Shown piece after piece: positions 50,303 through 59,487 of a stretch of DNA of 64,000 bases. This stretch comes from an uncultured virus (IMG/VR IMGVR_UViG_3300027902_000007) (Duplodnaviria > Heunggongvirae > Uroviricota > Caudoviricetes): IMG/VR virus record IMGVR_UViG_3300027902_000007. One strand, 5' to 3'. Numbering within the stretch: position 1 is the first letter of the stretch; each line of letters opens with the position of its first letter. Below the pieces are notes generated by a model. It worked only from the letters and a program-made list of their open reading frames with translations, was not told the DNA's origin and searched no databases. The translations under genes were made by a program, and so were the position numbers.

Positions 50303-50348
50303 ATAAGTCTCCTTTTAACAATATAATCACTGAAAAAGTCGATGCAAA

Positions 50349-51146
50349 TTATTTTTGTTCAACTACATCTTCAAAGCCCAATGCTGACAGTTTGTTCAAA
50401 TCAAGCTTGTAATTACGATCATCCTCGATGTTATTACTAATTAACTGCAATCTACGTCTTTCATTTTCCAACGTGTTCACAGTGTCTTTAATTGTTTTAA
50501 GCTTATTCGCATACATCTGAAGAAGATTTTTTATTGTATTTATTCTCGCTATAGCTGTATCCTCTTCAGTTGGCAGATGCTTATCTACATCAGGCACGCC
50601 CCTATAACCACTATAACCACTCACGCCTGAATATCCCGACGCACCAGAATAACCGCTGACACCTGAATAGCCGTGAATTTTTTCTTTTAACTCTGCTATT
50701 ATGGTATCTTCCTCTTTTAAGAAAATATCAACTGCCTTAAAATTAACCTCGTCAAAACCTTTTTCAAATTCAACTGCCTTCTTACTAATCTGTTTAAATA
50801 CCTCCTTGTCAAAATCAAAGGCAGCATTCTTGCACTTATTAGCAATCTCCTCCATATCTCTACGGTACGGTAGTATTAAAGACTCTCGATCGTCACACTT
50901 ATCTTGATGAAAGCGGTCGAGCTCTTTTAGCACCTCCTGCTTCTCTTCAATAAATTTCTCTACCTTTTGCAGAACCGTATTGTATTCTACAACTTTTTTT
51001 ACAATCAAATCGAGGCGAGAAGAAATAGCGGCTTTAATCTCAGAACCTTTTTTGTCGAATAGTACGCCTATGACTGTATTACCTAGTACAGACGCTGCCA
51101 AAAAATCATCAGCACCAGTTCGCAGATACGGCTTATACTCGCTCAT
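50349..51146 (-). CDS. Coiled-coil protein with internal (G-x-S)n repeat
   Basis: GYSGVSGYSGASGYSGVSGYSGYRG between two coiled coils. Confidence 0.65.
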   Translation of the reverse strand: MSEYKPYLRTGADDFLAASVLGNTVIGVLFDKKGSEIKAAISSRLDLIVKKVVEYNTVLQKVEKFIEEKQEVLKELDRFHQDKCDDRESLILPYRRDMEEIANKCKNAAFDFDKEVFKQISKKAVEFEKGFDEVNFKAVDIFLKEEDTIIAELKEKIHGYSGVSGYSGASGYSGVSGYSGYRGVPDVDKHLPTEEDTAIARINTIKNLLQMYANKLKTIKDTVNTLENERRRLQLISNNIEDDRNYKLDLNKLSALGFEDVVEQK

Positions 51147-51203
51147 AACTATCTCCTTTAAAAATGTTTAAGGTTTAGTTTGCGAATAGTGCCGTATGTG
51201 AGT

Positions 51204-51788
51204 CTATCTATTCGATTTATTCTCAAATTCTTCATATAATTTAGATACATCTATTTGACCAGTTGCTTGATATTTACCTTTGTACTTCATTGAGGCATCA
51301 CCATAAGTCTTCATATAAATGATTTGACAAAATTCAACAAACGGGTATACTCTCACCGGCAACGTTGCAGCTATCTCCAATGTCCAAAAATTATCGAAGC
51401 CATCATCGCCCCAACCGGCAGTCTTATGTATATCAATGCCCAACCGCGCAATAGAACTCCTGCCCTCAATTTGAGGACAAAAACCATTTGTTCGTGTTCT
51501 CTCAAACGTGCGACCAAGATATAACTGACCGGGATGTAAGACCAATCCTTCTTCAGGTATAATAAGCGTCTTAGTGGGATTCTTCTTTTTCATGTCAAGT
51601 ATAGCCTGACCATAACTCCGTGGTTCATTTTTACTTTCTATGCAAATTCTATCCATGTCATATACTTTTAATTCATTATGTAATCGCAAATTATACGAAT
51701 TGGGATTTAGACGCTTTACATCAAAATCATCAATGTAAATACTACCAACTTTAACTTGTGCTAAAATTTCTAATCCTGTTAAGACCAT
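51204..51788 (-). CDS. dcd: dCTP deaminase
   Basis: NPNSYNLRL, EGRSSIARLG, TAGWGDDGF..WTLEI, YKGKYQ. Confidence 0.9.
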   Translation of the reverse strand: MVLTGLEILAQVKVGSIYIDDFDVKRLNPNSYNLRLHNELKVYDMDRICIESKNEPRSYGQAILDMKKKNPTKTLIIPEEGLVLHPGQLYLGRTFERTRTNGFCPQIEGRSSIARLGIDIHKTAGWGDDGFDNFWTLEIAATLPVRVYPFVEFCQIIYMKTYGDASMKYKGKYQATGQIDVSKLYEEFENKSNR

Positions 51789-51798
51789 GCATCTTCCT

Positions 51799-52581
51799 TT
51801 AGTTGTTCATCATGAATTTAAATTTATCTATATGTGTGTTGTCCCAAATTTCCTGATCGATTAATTTCACACCCTCAAATTTGCACGCCATACTAAGACT
51901 TTGAAAATACGCATAGCCTATTGCAGTCATTGACGGGTCATCTGCCGGCAGACAATCTTCAACACCAAGCATCATAACGCCCGACAAATCTTTTATAGCA
52001 AAATACTCACCCGCCTCAAGAAAATCGGTAACAATTAATTTTGAATCGGTGTTGTGTATGTGTTTAGTAATATCGTTTAAATTCTGTCCATTGGACGACA
52101 AAATTAATTTAAAATCTTTAACATCAACTGGCAGTGATAGTTCATCATCACAATCTTGATAATAAGCTTTCAATAATTTTAAAAATAAATTCAATTCTTG
52201 CCGGTTTATTTCTTTAAAAATTATCACATCAAGATTGTCTATGGCAGCCGCTCCAATTGACCGCAAAATCGACATACCTATAGTTGCGTGCATGGATGTT
52301 TCTATTGTCGGTATCACTAACCTGTCAGTATTAATTGCGCAATCTGCTTCAATTTCATCATTAATAAAATAAAATTTATCATCACGTTGTTTGCTTAACT
52401 GTGGCAGTTCACCTTCCTGCAATTTTTTTATTGATAAAAATTGTCTAGGTATCGACTTTTGATCTAATTGTTTGCGCACACTATTCTTTAACACATCTGC
52501 AAATTTTTTCTTACCTTCGGCACTCTTATGTAATTCAATGATTAGCTGCTTTTGCTCATCAGTTAGCTGACGCAGATTCAT
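51799..52581 (-). CDS. Possible degenerate major-capsid-protein paralogue
   Basis: Start ATG 52581 with GGAG; motif order recalls a jumbo-phage HK97-fold capsid family (see findings). Confidence 0.5.
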   Translation of the reverse strand: MNLRQLTDEQKQLIIELHKSAEGKKKFADVLKNSVRKQLDQKSIPRQFLSIKKLQEGELPQLSKQRDDKFYFINDEIEADCAINTDRLVIPTIETSMHATIGMSILRSIGAAAIDNLDVIIFKEINRQELNLFLKLLKAYYQDCDDELSLPVDVKDFKLILSSNGQNLNDITKHIHNTDSKLIVTDFLEAGEYFAIKDLSGVMMLGVEDCLPADDPSMTAIGYAYFQSLSMACKFEGVKLIDQEIWDNTHIDKFKFMMNN

Positions 52582-53827
52582 GAACTTTCTCCAATATTTC
52601 ACGTCCGACGGCCATCGCTTTTTCTTCAATGCCCTTAAATCTATCGGGATGTCTCTCAATGTGCTTTTTTAATGCCTCAATCGGTAAATCTGCTGTGGTT
52701 ATCTTTCCGGCATCGTCGTTAATGGTTTCGTCAGCGATAATATTTATGTCAACACCTAACGAATGCCATGTATTTTCTCTAAGCCAGTTCTCTAAGTCAG
52801 TAAATTTCAGTGTCGGCAAGTACGTCTGTAGCACGTCAACCTTCACCCTGACAATCGCCTGTCTTAAATCCCATTTTTTAACTTTTTCAAAAAATGTGCT
52901 AAGTTTTTGTTTACAGTCATCTTCATTCAATTTAAGTCGGAACGTCCGAAATTCTCTATCTCCGATAGGAACAAATTCATCGTTACCATCGCAAAAATAA
53001 TAAAAACCCTTCTGCTCTTTTTCTTCGGCAAAATCAACCCTACCAATAGAACCTACGTGTCTTGATACACTATTAAATTCCTGCTGTTGATGTATGTGTC
53101 CTAAATAGATCTTTGTCCATTTGCCTGCATCAAACGACGGCAATGTTATTTTATTCTCATTCTCGTCGACCGACATGTCAAGGTCAAAACTATTGCCAAT
53201 AACAGATTTGTCAGTCCCAAAGTGACCGAAAAATAATTTATATTCAGCTTTGCTCTTACAAGTTAATTTATTAAACTCATCAATCTTATTCTTTTGAAAT
53301 GTTAAAAAGTCTTGAACAGTCAAAAGCTTTTCTGCCCCTCTATTGACAAACGGCAGTATGTACAATTCGGTATTGCACGTGGGCTTTAATACACTATGTA
53401 ACTTTCCACCGTCATCTTTCTCCACATCCACTAAATCATCATTTAGTTTTAGCACAACAGGTGAAGAATAAACTTCTAAACCTGCAACCAACTCGCACAA
53501 TTCTTGCATTTCAGACAATGCGTGTGCGCCATCAGCGCTGGTCGTCATGTCGTGATTGCCTGTCATCAATATGACACGAATTTTTTTCTTAATTAACCTC
53601 TTAATTCTCGGGACAAATTGTTTTCTAATCTTAGAGCTTGGATGCTTCTGCCGATATATATCGCCGACTATAACAAATGCGTCTGCTCGTCTTTCAATAG
53701 CGAAATCTACACTTTGATCTAAATTTTTAAGGAAATCAAGTAATCTTGTGTTCAAACCTGTAGCACTATCCGTCCTACCATAAGAATAGTCGCCAATATG
53801 CGGATCAGAGATAATGACAATTTTCAT
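52559..53827 (-). CDS. sbcD: SbcD/Mre11-like metallophosphoesterase nuclease
   Basis: SDPHIG, VGDIY, GNHD, FGH, LGHIH, GSIGRVDFAE. Confidence 0.9.
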   Translation of the reverse strand: MKIVIISDPHIGDYSYGRTDSATGLNTRLLDFLKNLDQSVDFAIERRADAFVIVGDIYRQKHPSSKIRKQFVPRIKRLIKKKIRVILMTGNHDMTTSADGAHALSEMQELCELVAGLEVYSSPVVLKLNDDLVDVEKDDGGKLHSVLKPTCNTELYILPFVNRGAEKLLTVQDFLTFQKNKIDEFNKLTCKSKAEYKLFFGHFGTDKSVIGNSFDLDMSVDENENKITLPSFDAGKWTKIYLGHIHQQQEFNSVSRHVGSIGRVDFAEEKEQKGFYYFCDGNDEFVPIGDREFRTFRLKLNEDDCKQKLSTFFEKVKKWDLRQAIVRVKVDVLQTYLPTLKFTDLENWLRENTWHSLGVDINIIADETINDDAGKITTADLPIEALKKHIERHPDRFKGIEEKAMAVGREILEKVHESASAN

Positions 53828-54111
53828 TAATTATCAGTCGCTAAAATGTTGTCAATACTTATTACAGCAAGTTTTTCTTTATTATCCAAGCTTGACATTT
53901 TTCTAGCAGCGGCTTTAACGTATATGACCTTGTCGCCCACTTTTAAATCTATCGGCACACGGATACCTGCTTCAGATGTCTTACCTGGGCCGACAGACAA
54001 CACCTCACCGTAGCCCACGGCAGCGTTAACGGGCCGAGTCACAAAAAGACTGCCAACTTTCTCGTCCGCTTCCTTTTCTCGAATAATGATAAAGTCATTT
54101 AATGCATTCAT
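53827..54111 (-). CDS. groS: Co-chaperonin GroES
   Basis: LNDFIII...GSLFV...GEVLSVGPG......IPIDLKVGDKVIY...DNILA. Confidence 0.85.
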   Translation of the reverse strand: MNALNDFIIIREKEADEKVGSLFVTRPVNAAVGYGEVLSVGPGKTSEAGIRVPIDLKVGDKVIYVKAAARKMSSLDNKEKLAVISIDNILATDN

Positions 54112-54165
54112 TTGATTTTCTCCTTTCAGAGTTTTCTTTATTAAATTGTACTGTGTTTTTACAAT

Positions 54166-54198
54166 AAAAAAGAGAGGCTAATTTCTTAACCTCTCTTG
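54166..54198 (-). terminator. Probable intrinsic terminator
   Basis: AAGAGAGG/CCTCTCTT stem followed by T-run on the minus strand. Confidence 0.55.
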
Positions 54199-54382
54199 GG
54201 AAAAATTGTAATTTTATTTTAATCTACTCGTCATTATTTACTATTACTTCTTCCTCCTCCTGTGCAGCCGGCACACCGCAATTGTCATTCTCCCAACACT
54301 CAAAGGAACAATACCCGTCATCGACATCCTTCACAACATATTCAGTACCGCACTTCTTACAACTTGGCATACAGATCTCCTT

Positions 54383-54889
54383 TCAATTTGCGTCTGTGCT
54401 ACCAAAACCTTTATCATTTCTGTTCGTTTTGTCTAAATCAGCAACTTCAACAATTGACGTCAAAGCAACCGGACATACAACTAACTGAGCAATCTTTTCG
54501 CCAATCTTTATCTTCTGTGCTTCATTTGAAAGATTGATAATAATAACTGCAATAATGCCCCTGTACGACTCATCTATAGTGCCCGGAGTGTTCAATACAG
54601 TCAACCCTCGTTTTAAAGCATTTCCGCTCCGGGGCCTCACCTGTATCTCATAACCCTCTCCGACCGTGGCCGATAATCCTGTGTGCACAAACACTCTATC
54701 TAAAGGTTGTAACGAGACTTCAGTCTGAGACTGAATCCAAGTCTCACCGCTATTATCAATACTATCCTTACGATAGAGCTTTTCAAACCTATAAACAAAA
54801 ATGTCAGCACCAGAATCAGTTGGGTTACTCCTGACGGGTAACCTTGCATCTGTAAAAATTTTCTTTACTTTCATTGTCGGCATATTCAT
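54383..54889 (-). CDS. dut: Trimeric dUTPase
   Basis: SGADI, QVRPRSG, NTPGTIDESYRG, IAQLV, RNDKGFGST. Confidence 0.95.
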   Translation of the reverse strand: MNMPTMKVKKIFTDARLPVRSNPTDSGADIFVYRFEKLYRKDSIDNSGETWIQSQTEVSLQPLDRVFVHTGLSATVGEGYEIQVRPRSGNALKRGLTVLNTPGTIDESYRGIIAVIIINLSNEAQKIKIGEKIAQLVVCPVALTSIVEVADLDKTNRNDKGFGSTDAN

Positions 54890-54891
54890 TT

Positions 54892-57465
54892 TTAACCGCA
54901 CCTTGACTCACCGCAGTCTAAACACTTGTAACAGTTCGCCTGTATAATAATATTTTCACTTTTGCACTCAGGACATTTCAAACCAGTAATCTTTGTGCCG
55001 TCTTTTATCGTCAACGCGATAAATCGCCTAACTGCCGTTAATAGTGTCGAGACATTATCGCCCTCAATATTAAACAGCGCCGATAAGATCTCTTCCCGTG
55101 CAACATTGTGCCGTAAACAAAGTGAAATCATTCGGCCTAATCTATTGTATGAATAATCTATTTTGGCTTTATCAATGCATTTCTGTATAATTTCCGTACC
55201 GATGCCTTTTTCCAGGGCTAACTGTGCCAATTTTCTTGACGCCTTATTACAAGCCTTCACCCGACCAGCTTCTTTTGAATTGCTATATATCCATAAACAA
55301 ATAGGAAATTTCATTTCTGGATCGTCCGGCAAATAACTAAAATGCAGATAGAATTTCATCCCCTCACGCTTGATGATTCGCGTCGGCCCATTTAAAAACA
55401 CTTCGGGCAGTTTAATGTCCTTCTTAACGATCTCTTTACTTTCACTCGCGGCCTTTAACACAGACTCCATACAGCCTTCGCGGTAAGTCGTGAGACCATT
55501 CAAGCCCATTTTCCAAGCGTCAAAATATAACTGTTTAAAATCTTCAAAATGATAATTGTTAGGAATATTACAAGTTTTTGAAACTGACTGATTACAATAA
55601 TATTGGACGACAGCTTGGACATTGAGGTGATCTTGCGCAGTTAAATTTTTCGTAGTGATTAAGTGTCGTGAGTGATCTTTCTTCGGAAAATTATTTAATA
55701 GCCATTGGTACCCATAATCTCTCACTATATTGATCTCGCATAGTCCTCTATTATGAGGCTCATAATAATATAGTTTACCATTATAATTGCCGCGCCAATA
55801 TTCAAAATCTTTTTCTTTATGATATGTTAAAATGTTTTTTACGTTATCACCGTTCAAACCGTCGGGCCACTGACATATAACAACACGTTCATATTCAAGT
55901 GAAAAAACAGGCTCGATTGAATTTGAGACATTGTTGCAGATAACTGAAGAATTGCCCAGCGGCGGATTAGTGGTCGTCTTTGCATTACGAACACCATATT
56001 GTTTAACGAGATCTTTCGTCTCGGGCCATAATCTGTCAGATTTAAAATACTCAGTGTTTTGAAATTTTTCAGCATTGTACAGTTCAAAGGCACCCTTTTC
56101 TTTTGCCAATAACGCTGACGCCTGCCACACGTAATTTTCTTTTAATTCAACTAATTTTTTAGTAAAATCGATTGCGGTTTTTGAATTGTATGGCATTCCT
56201 AACATCATTATTGCTGAGCCCAATCCGTTTATTCCCATGCCGAACTGCCTTAACTTGTTCACAACCTGCTGATATGACGGCAGTGGCAATTTCGATAAAT
56301 CATTTACGTTATCTAGCATTCTTGCAAAAACTTGAATGTCGTTAATATACATGCCAAAATCAAATTCTGGCACGCCACTTTCATTAATAAAAACATATTG
56401 TGTGACATTTATTGATCCAAGTAAACATACAGATGTAATTGTAGATAGTCCAGGTACTTCTCCGCAGGGATTTGTCGTATCGCACTGTCCAAGATAAGAT
56501 AGTGGATTGTTTTTGTGCATATTGTCATAAAATAGAACTCCTGGCTCAGCTCTATTATAAGTCGACGTCATCATTAAATCATATAGATCACGAGCCTTAA
56601 TGATCTTATATACTTTATTATTAAAATGCAGATTGTAAAAATCATCATTCAGCACTGCGTTCATAAAAGCATCGTCAACGAGTACTGAAGTATTAAATTT
56701 TGTGAGCACACCTGAAACCTGTTTTACTCTTACAAATTCTTCAATGTCAGGATGCCACACAGGTAAGCATCCCATCATTGCACCTTTTCGAGTCATAGAT
56801 TTAACTGCAATCTTTAGGTCGCAAATCTGTTGGTCATCTAGATAATTTTTTAATTTGTCAGTGTAACCGTCATCTGTGCCTTTAACCATACACTCAGACA
56901 CAGTATCCCATAATTTCATATAAGACATGACACCAGGATGACGGATGCCTGTGCCTTTAATTATCGCGCCCCGAGGCCTAAGGAAACCAAAATTGATTCC
57001 GTAACCACCTTCTGAAGCTAAAGTTTTCGCCTGTTCTAAAATCGTGAGAAAGATGTTTGATAGATCGTCAGGGCTCTCGTCTGTATTTAATTGCACGTCA
57101 TAACTAATTGAATTGTCAGCAGATTTTCTCTTATACTGTATTTTGGCGCCAGAAACCGGACCATTAATAAAGCAGTTCATTAACGTTGCATTCTTAAAAT
57201 CTGTGCCGATGTTAGCTGTTATTCGACCGCCTAGCGTCATTTTAAGACCGATAGCCTCTTTATTAGGATAACCCCTGTCATCAACGTCAATTTCACTATC
57301 AAATTTTAATAAAGTTTGTAGGAACGGCTTGTACCACCTAGTAGGATCTTTTTCAACTGAAGCTAGGGCTTTTGCGCTTCGCATAAAAGTTTCAATTTCT
57401 GACTCTGACTTGTACCTATATTTCTTCTTCCAATTTTCGATCGACATTTGAGCTGTAAAAATCAT
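54892..57465 (-). CDS. nrdJ: Class II (B12-dependent) ribonucleotide reductase
   Basis: NCF, RKGAMM, HPDIEEF, TNPCGEVP, CLLGSINV, C-terminal CPEC..CLDC; no nrdB in window. Confidence 0.85.
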   Translation of the reverse strand: MIFTAQMSIENWKKKYRYKSESEIETFMRSAKALASVEKDPTRWYKPFLQTLLKFDSEIDVDDRGYPNKEAIGLKMTLGGRITANIGTDFKNATLMNCFINGPVSGAKIQYKRKSADNSISYDVQLNTDESPDDLSNIFLTILEQAKTLASEGGYGINFGFLRPRGAIIKGTGIRHPGVMSYMKLWDTVSECMVKGTDDGYTDKLKNYLDDQQICDLKIAVKSMTRKGAMMGCLPVWHPDIEEFVRVKQVSGVLTKFNTSVLVDDAFMNAVLNDDFYNLHFNNKVYKIIKARDLYDLMMTSTYNRAEPGVLFYDNMHKNNPLSYLGQCDTTNPCGEVPGLSTITSVCLLGSINVTQYVFINESGVPEFDFGMYINDIQVFARMLDNVNDLSKLPLPSYQQVVNKLRQFGMGINGLGSAIMMLGMPYNSKTAIDFTKKLVELKENYVWQASALLAKEKGAFELYNAEKFQNTEYFKSDRLWPETKDLVKQYGVRNAKTTTNPPLGNSSVICNNVSNSIEPVFSLEYERVVICQWPDGLNGDNVKNILTYHKEKDFEYWRGNYNGKLYYYEPHNRGLCEINIVRDYGYQWLLNNFPKKDHSRHLITTKNLTAQDHLNVQAVVQYYCNQSVSKTCNIPNNYHFEDFKQLYFDAWKMGLNGLTTYREGCMESVLKAASESKEIVKKDIKLPEVFLNGPTRIIKREGMKFYLHFSYLPDDPEMKFPICLWIYSNSKEAGRVKACNKASRKLAQLALEKGIGTEIIQKCIDKAKIDYSYNRLGRMISLCLRHNVAREEILSALFNIEGDNVSTLLTAVRRFIALTIKDGTKITGLKCPECKSENIIIQANCYKCLDCGESRCG

Positions 57466-57580
57466 GTCTTCTCCAATAATGTTAATTTTTTTATCTATAT
57501 ACCTTCATCAAATTTTCGATAGTGTCGACCTTGTTTTGACAATTTGTCTTCCTGACATCTATTTTTAGCCGACTATTAAA

Positions 57581-57961
57581 TTATTTTAACGGTTGACACA
57601 TTCGTAACGCTAGCAGCAAGTCAATTTGCTCAAGCAAGTATTGATATCTACGACAAATATTTTCCCAAGACTCACCACGCTGCAATTGTGACTGTTCATA
57701 CCTTTTATTTATACGTCTTTTCAACCATTGCAGTGAGTCTGAACCATCGTGCATTTGTAGTCTGCTCTTATCAAGAATATTTAAAAAAACTAGTATTTCC
57801 TCTTGTTTAATTTTTGTTATTTGCTTTCCTTTTGTGCCCAAGACCTTGTTCAGCAACCAATTTGTGTTTATCTCGTTGCCAGAATAAGTGACCTTTACAT
57901 CATCTGTTATTATCGGTAGAGTACCATCTTCATGAACCGCGAATTTTACTTTTTTGCTCAT
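57581..57961 (-). CDS. Hypothetical protein
   Basis: 126-aa ORF. Confidence 0.55.
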   Translation of the reverse strand: MSKKVKFAVHEDGTLPIITDDVKVTYSGNEINTNWLLNKVLGTKGKQITKIKQEEILVFLNILDKSRLQMHDGSDSLQWLKRRINKRYEQSQLQRGESWENICRRYQYLLEQIDLLLALRMCQPLK

Positions 57962-58053
57962 GTTGTTTTTTTACCTATTTTCCTCTTCGGATTAACATAA
58001 AAAATGCGAGAAAACTCGCATTGATCTTCGTCATTAACAAGCGTCTAAACACA

Positions 58054-58605
58054 CTAGAAATTTAATAATTTTTTTGTGTTTTTGAATATCTGTACTAATT
58101 GAGGATCCATCTTAAATCTTTCGGTGTTTATCTCAATGCTTCGCCCAAAATCACCGTCAGCATGTCGTTCTGTGGCAGCCTTCCAATCCACAAACATCTC
58201 TATTAAATCTATCAATGTCATTCCAGATATGCCGTCTTTGTAATGCTCTGGATGATGTGAATTATTTGAATAATGATGTTTAAGCGCGGGCTTTAGCTGG
58301 CTAAGAAATGCCTTATATTCAAGACTTCCGTACGTGCAATTTTTTAATTTATGAGATATTTTATCAAAAAATTTCTTTTCAAAAGGCTCTAATTTACTTT
58401 TATCATGATTCACTCCCCGTAAAGCAATGACTTGATTAATCAAATTTAAAAGACACTGCGAAATAATAGCCTGAATAATCAGATCTAAAAGACACCTCAC
58501 CCTGTCAATGTGTTTCTGCGTGTCTGCCCTACTGTCATTCATGGCCTGTTTACTCGCTTCATTAATAAACTCGGTTTGAATTGTGGCAAAGCATTTGCGT
58601 TTCAT
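58054..58605 (-). CDS. DUF5662-like HD-type protein with shared N-terminal leader
   Basis: HDKSKL..E, HHY.NNSHHPEH..GISGMTLIDLIEM..DW; begins MKRKCFATIQTEFINEA. Confidence 0.75.
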   Translation of the reverse strand: MKRKCFATIQTEFINEASKQAMNDSRADTQKHIDRVRCLLDLIIQAIISQCLLNLINQVIALRGVNHDKSKLEPFEKKFFDKISHKLKNCTYGSLEYKAFLSQLKPALKHHYSNNSHHPEHYKDGISGMTLIDLIEMFVDWKAATERHADGDFGRSIEINTERFKMDPQLVQIFKNTKKLLNF

Positions 58606-58609
58606 TTTC

Positions 58610-59329
58610 TTATCCGTGCAATTTTTGAAACGCTATAGCGACACCGGCGGCGTCCGCAATATCCTCATTTATCGATGATTCCGTGTATATTTCCATGCTT
58701 ATGTCGTCAAAAATATTCGTCATCTCTTTTTTCTTTGTCTTCGCGAATTTTTTAAGATCAAGTTTTGCATCATTAATCTGTGTTGATAGTTTTCCTATCA
58801 AAGCTTTATCATTAGCTTTTTTTGCCTTCTTAAGCTGATGTTGCAGATCGTGCAACTCATCTTTTGACAAACCTTCTTTAAAATTAACTTTTGCGTCGTT
58901 AATCCTTTGTCTATAGGCTTTAATTTTTTCCAATGACAACAACTTATATTTTTCACATATTGCCACTTGTATTTCACATTTTTTTGACGCACCGGTGCAA
59001 CCGTCCATCAATTTCTTCCATTTTGACGGCTCAAACATTTCAGGTTCACGTTGTAAATAGCGATAAGCCTCAATCATTGCGACGCCGTTAAATCTAGCCA
59101 ATATTTTGACGACACTGACACTTTTAACCTGAACAACGTCCTCGATTGCAATCTCGCAAGGCTGCTGTCTATCAATAATTTTCTTTAGCTCAATGTGAAA
59201 TAGGAAAAGCTTCTGAGCAGTTGTCATTTTGCCTGTCGGATTTACTTTGCCGTAATCTAACAGCTTATCGCCTTCAATTACAGCCCAACCAGTACTTTTA
59301 CTTGAAATATCAACGCCCATTATTTTCAT
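58610..59329 (-). CDS. ruvC: RuvC-like Holliday junction resolvase with coiled-coil insertion
   Basis: IMGVDISSKSTGWAV, IAIED, PSKWKK, EDIADAAGVA; ATG 59329 with GGAGG. Confidence 0.8.
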   Translation of the reverse strand: MKIMGVDISSKSTGWAVIEGDKLLDYGKVNPTGKMTTAQKLFLFHIELKKIIDRQQPCEIAIEDVVQVKSVSVVKILARFNGVAMIEAYRYLQREPEMFEPSKWKKLMDGCTGASKKCEIQVAICEKYKLLSLEKIKAYRQRINDAKVNFKEGLSKDELHDLQHQLKKAKKANDKALIGKLSTQINDAKLDLKKFAKTKKKEMTNIFDDISMEIYTESSINEDIADAAGVAIAFQKLHG

Positions 59330-59487
59330 AAATCCTCCGAGTGTTATCAATTAAAATACTTCTCTCATTGGTATATTATTTGTGAGAATCTAATTAAAAA
59401 TTTATGTTTTACTTCAACAAAAAAATTGATTATAATATTTCCTTTATTAGTCGCCCTCTTTAAACACCACAAATAGGAGCAACCACG

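Noticed and set aside
6344..59350. ORF-track starts at 6344, 16807, 28673, 32748, 52659 and 59350
   Set aside because: Downstream ATGs (6404, 16729, 28625, 32709, 52581, 59329) have better RBS, domain boundaries or avoid overlaps
5750..59450. AT-N3-4-TTTAT motif upstream of some leader-bearing genes as a late promoter
   Set aside because: Instances near 6357, 18345, 33315, 34850 and 59443 are suggestive but too degenerate in AT-rich DNA to support without statistics
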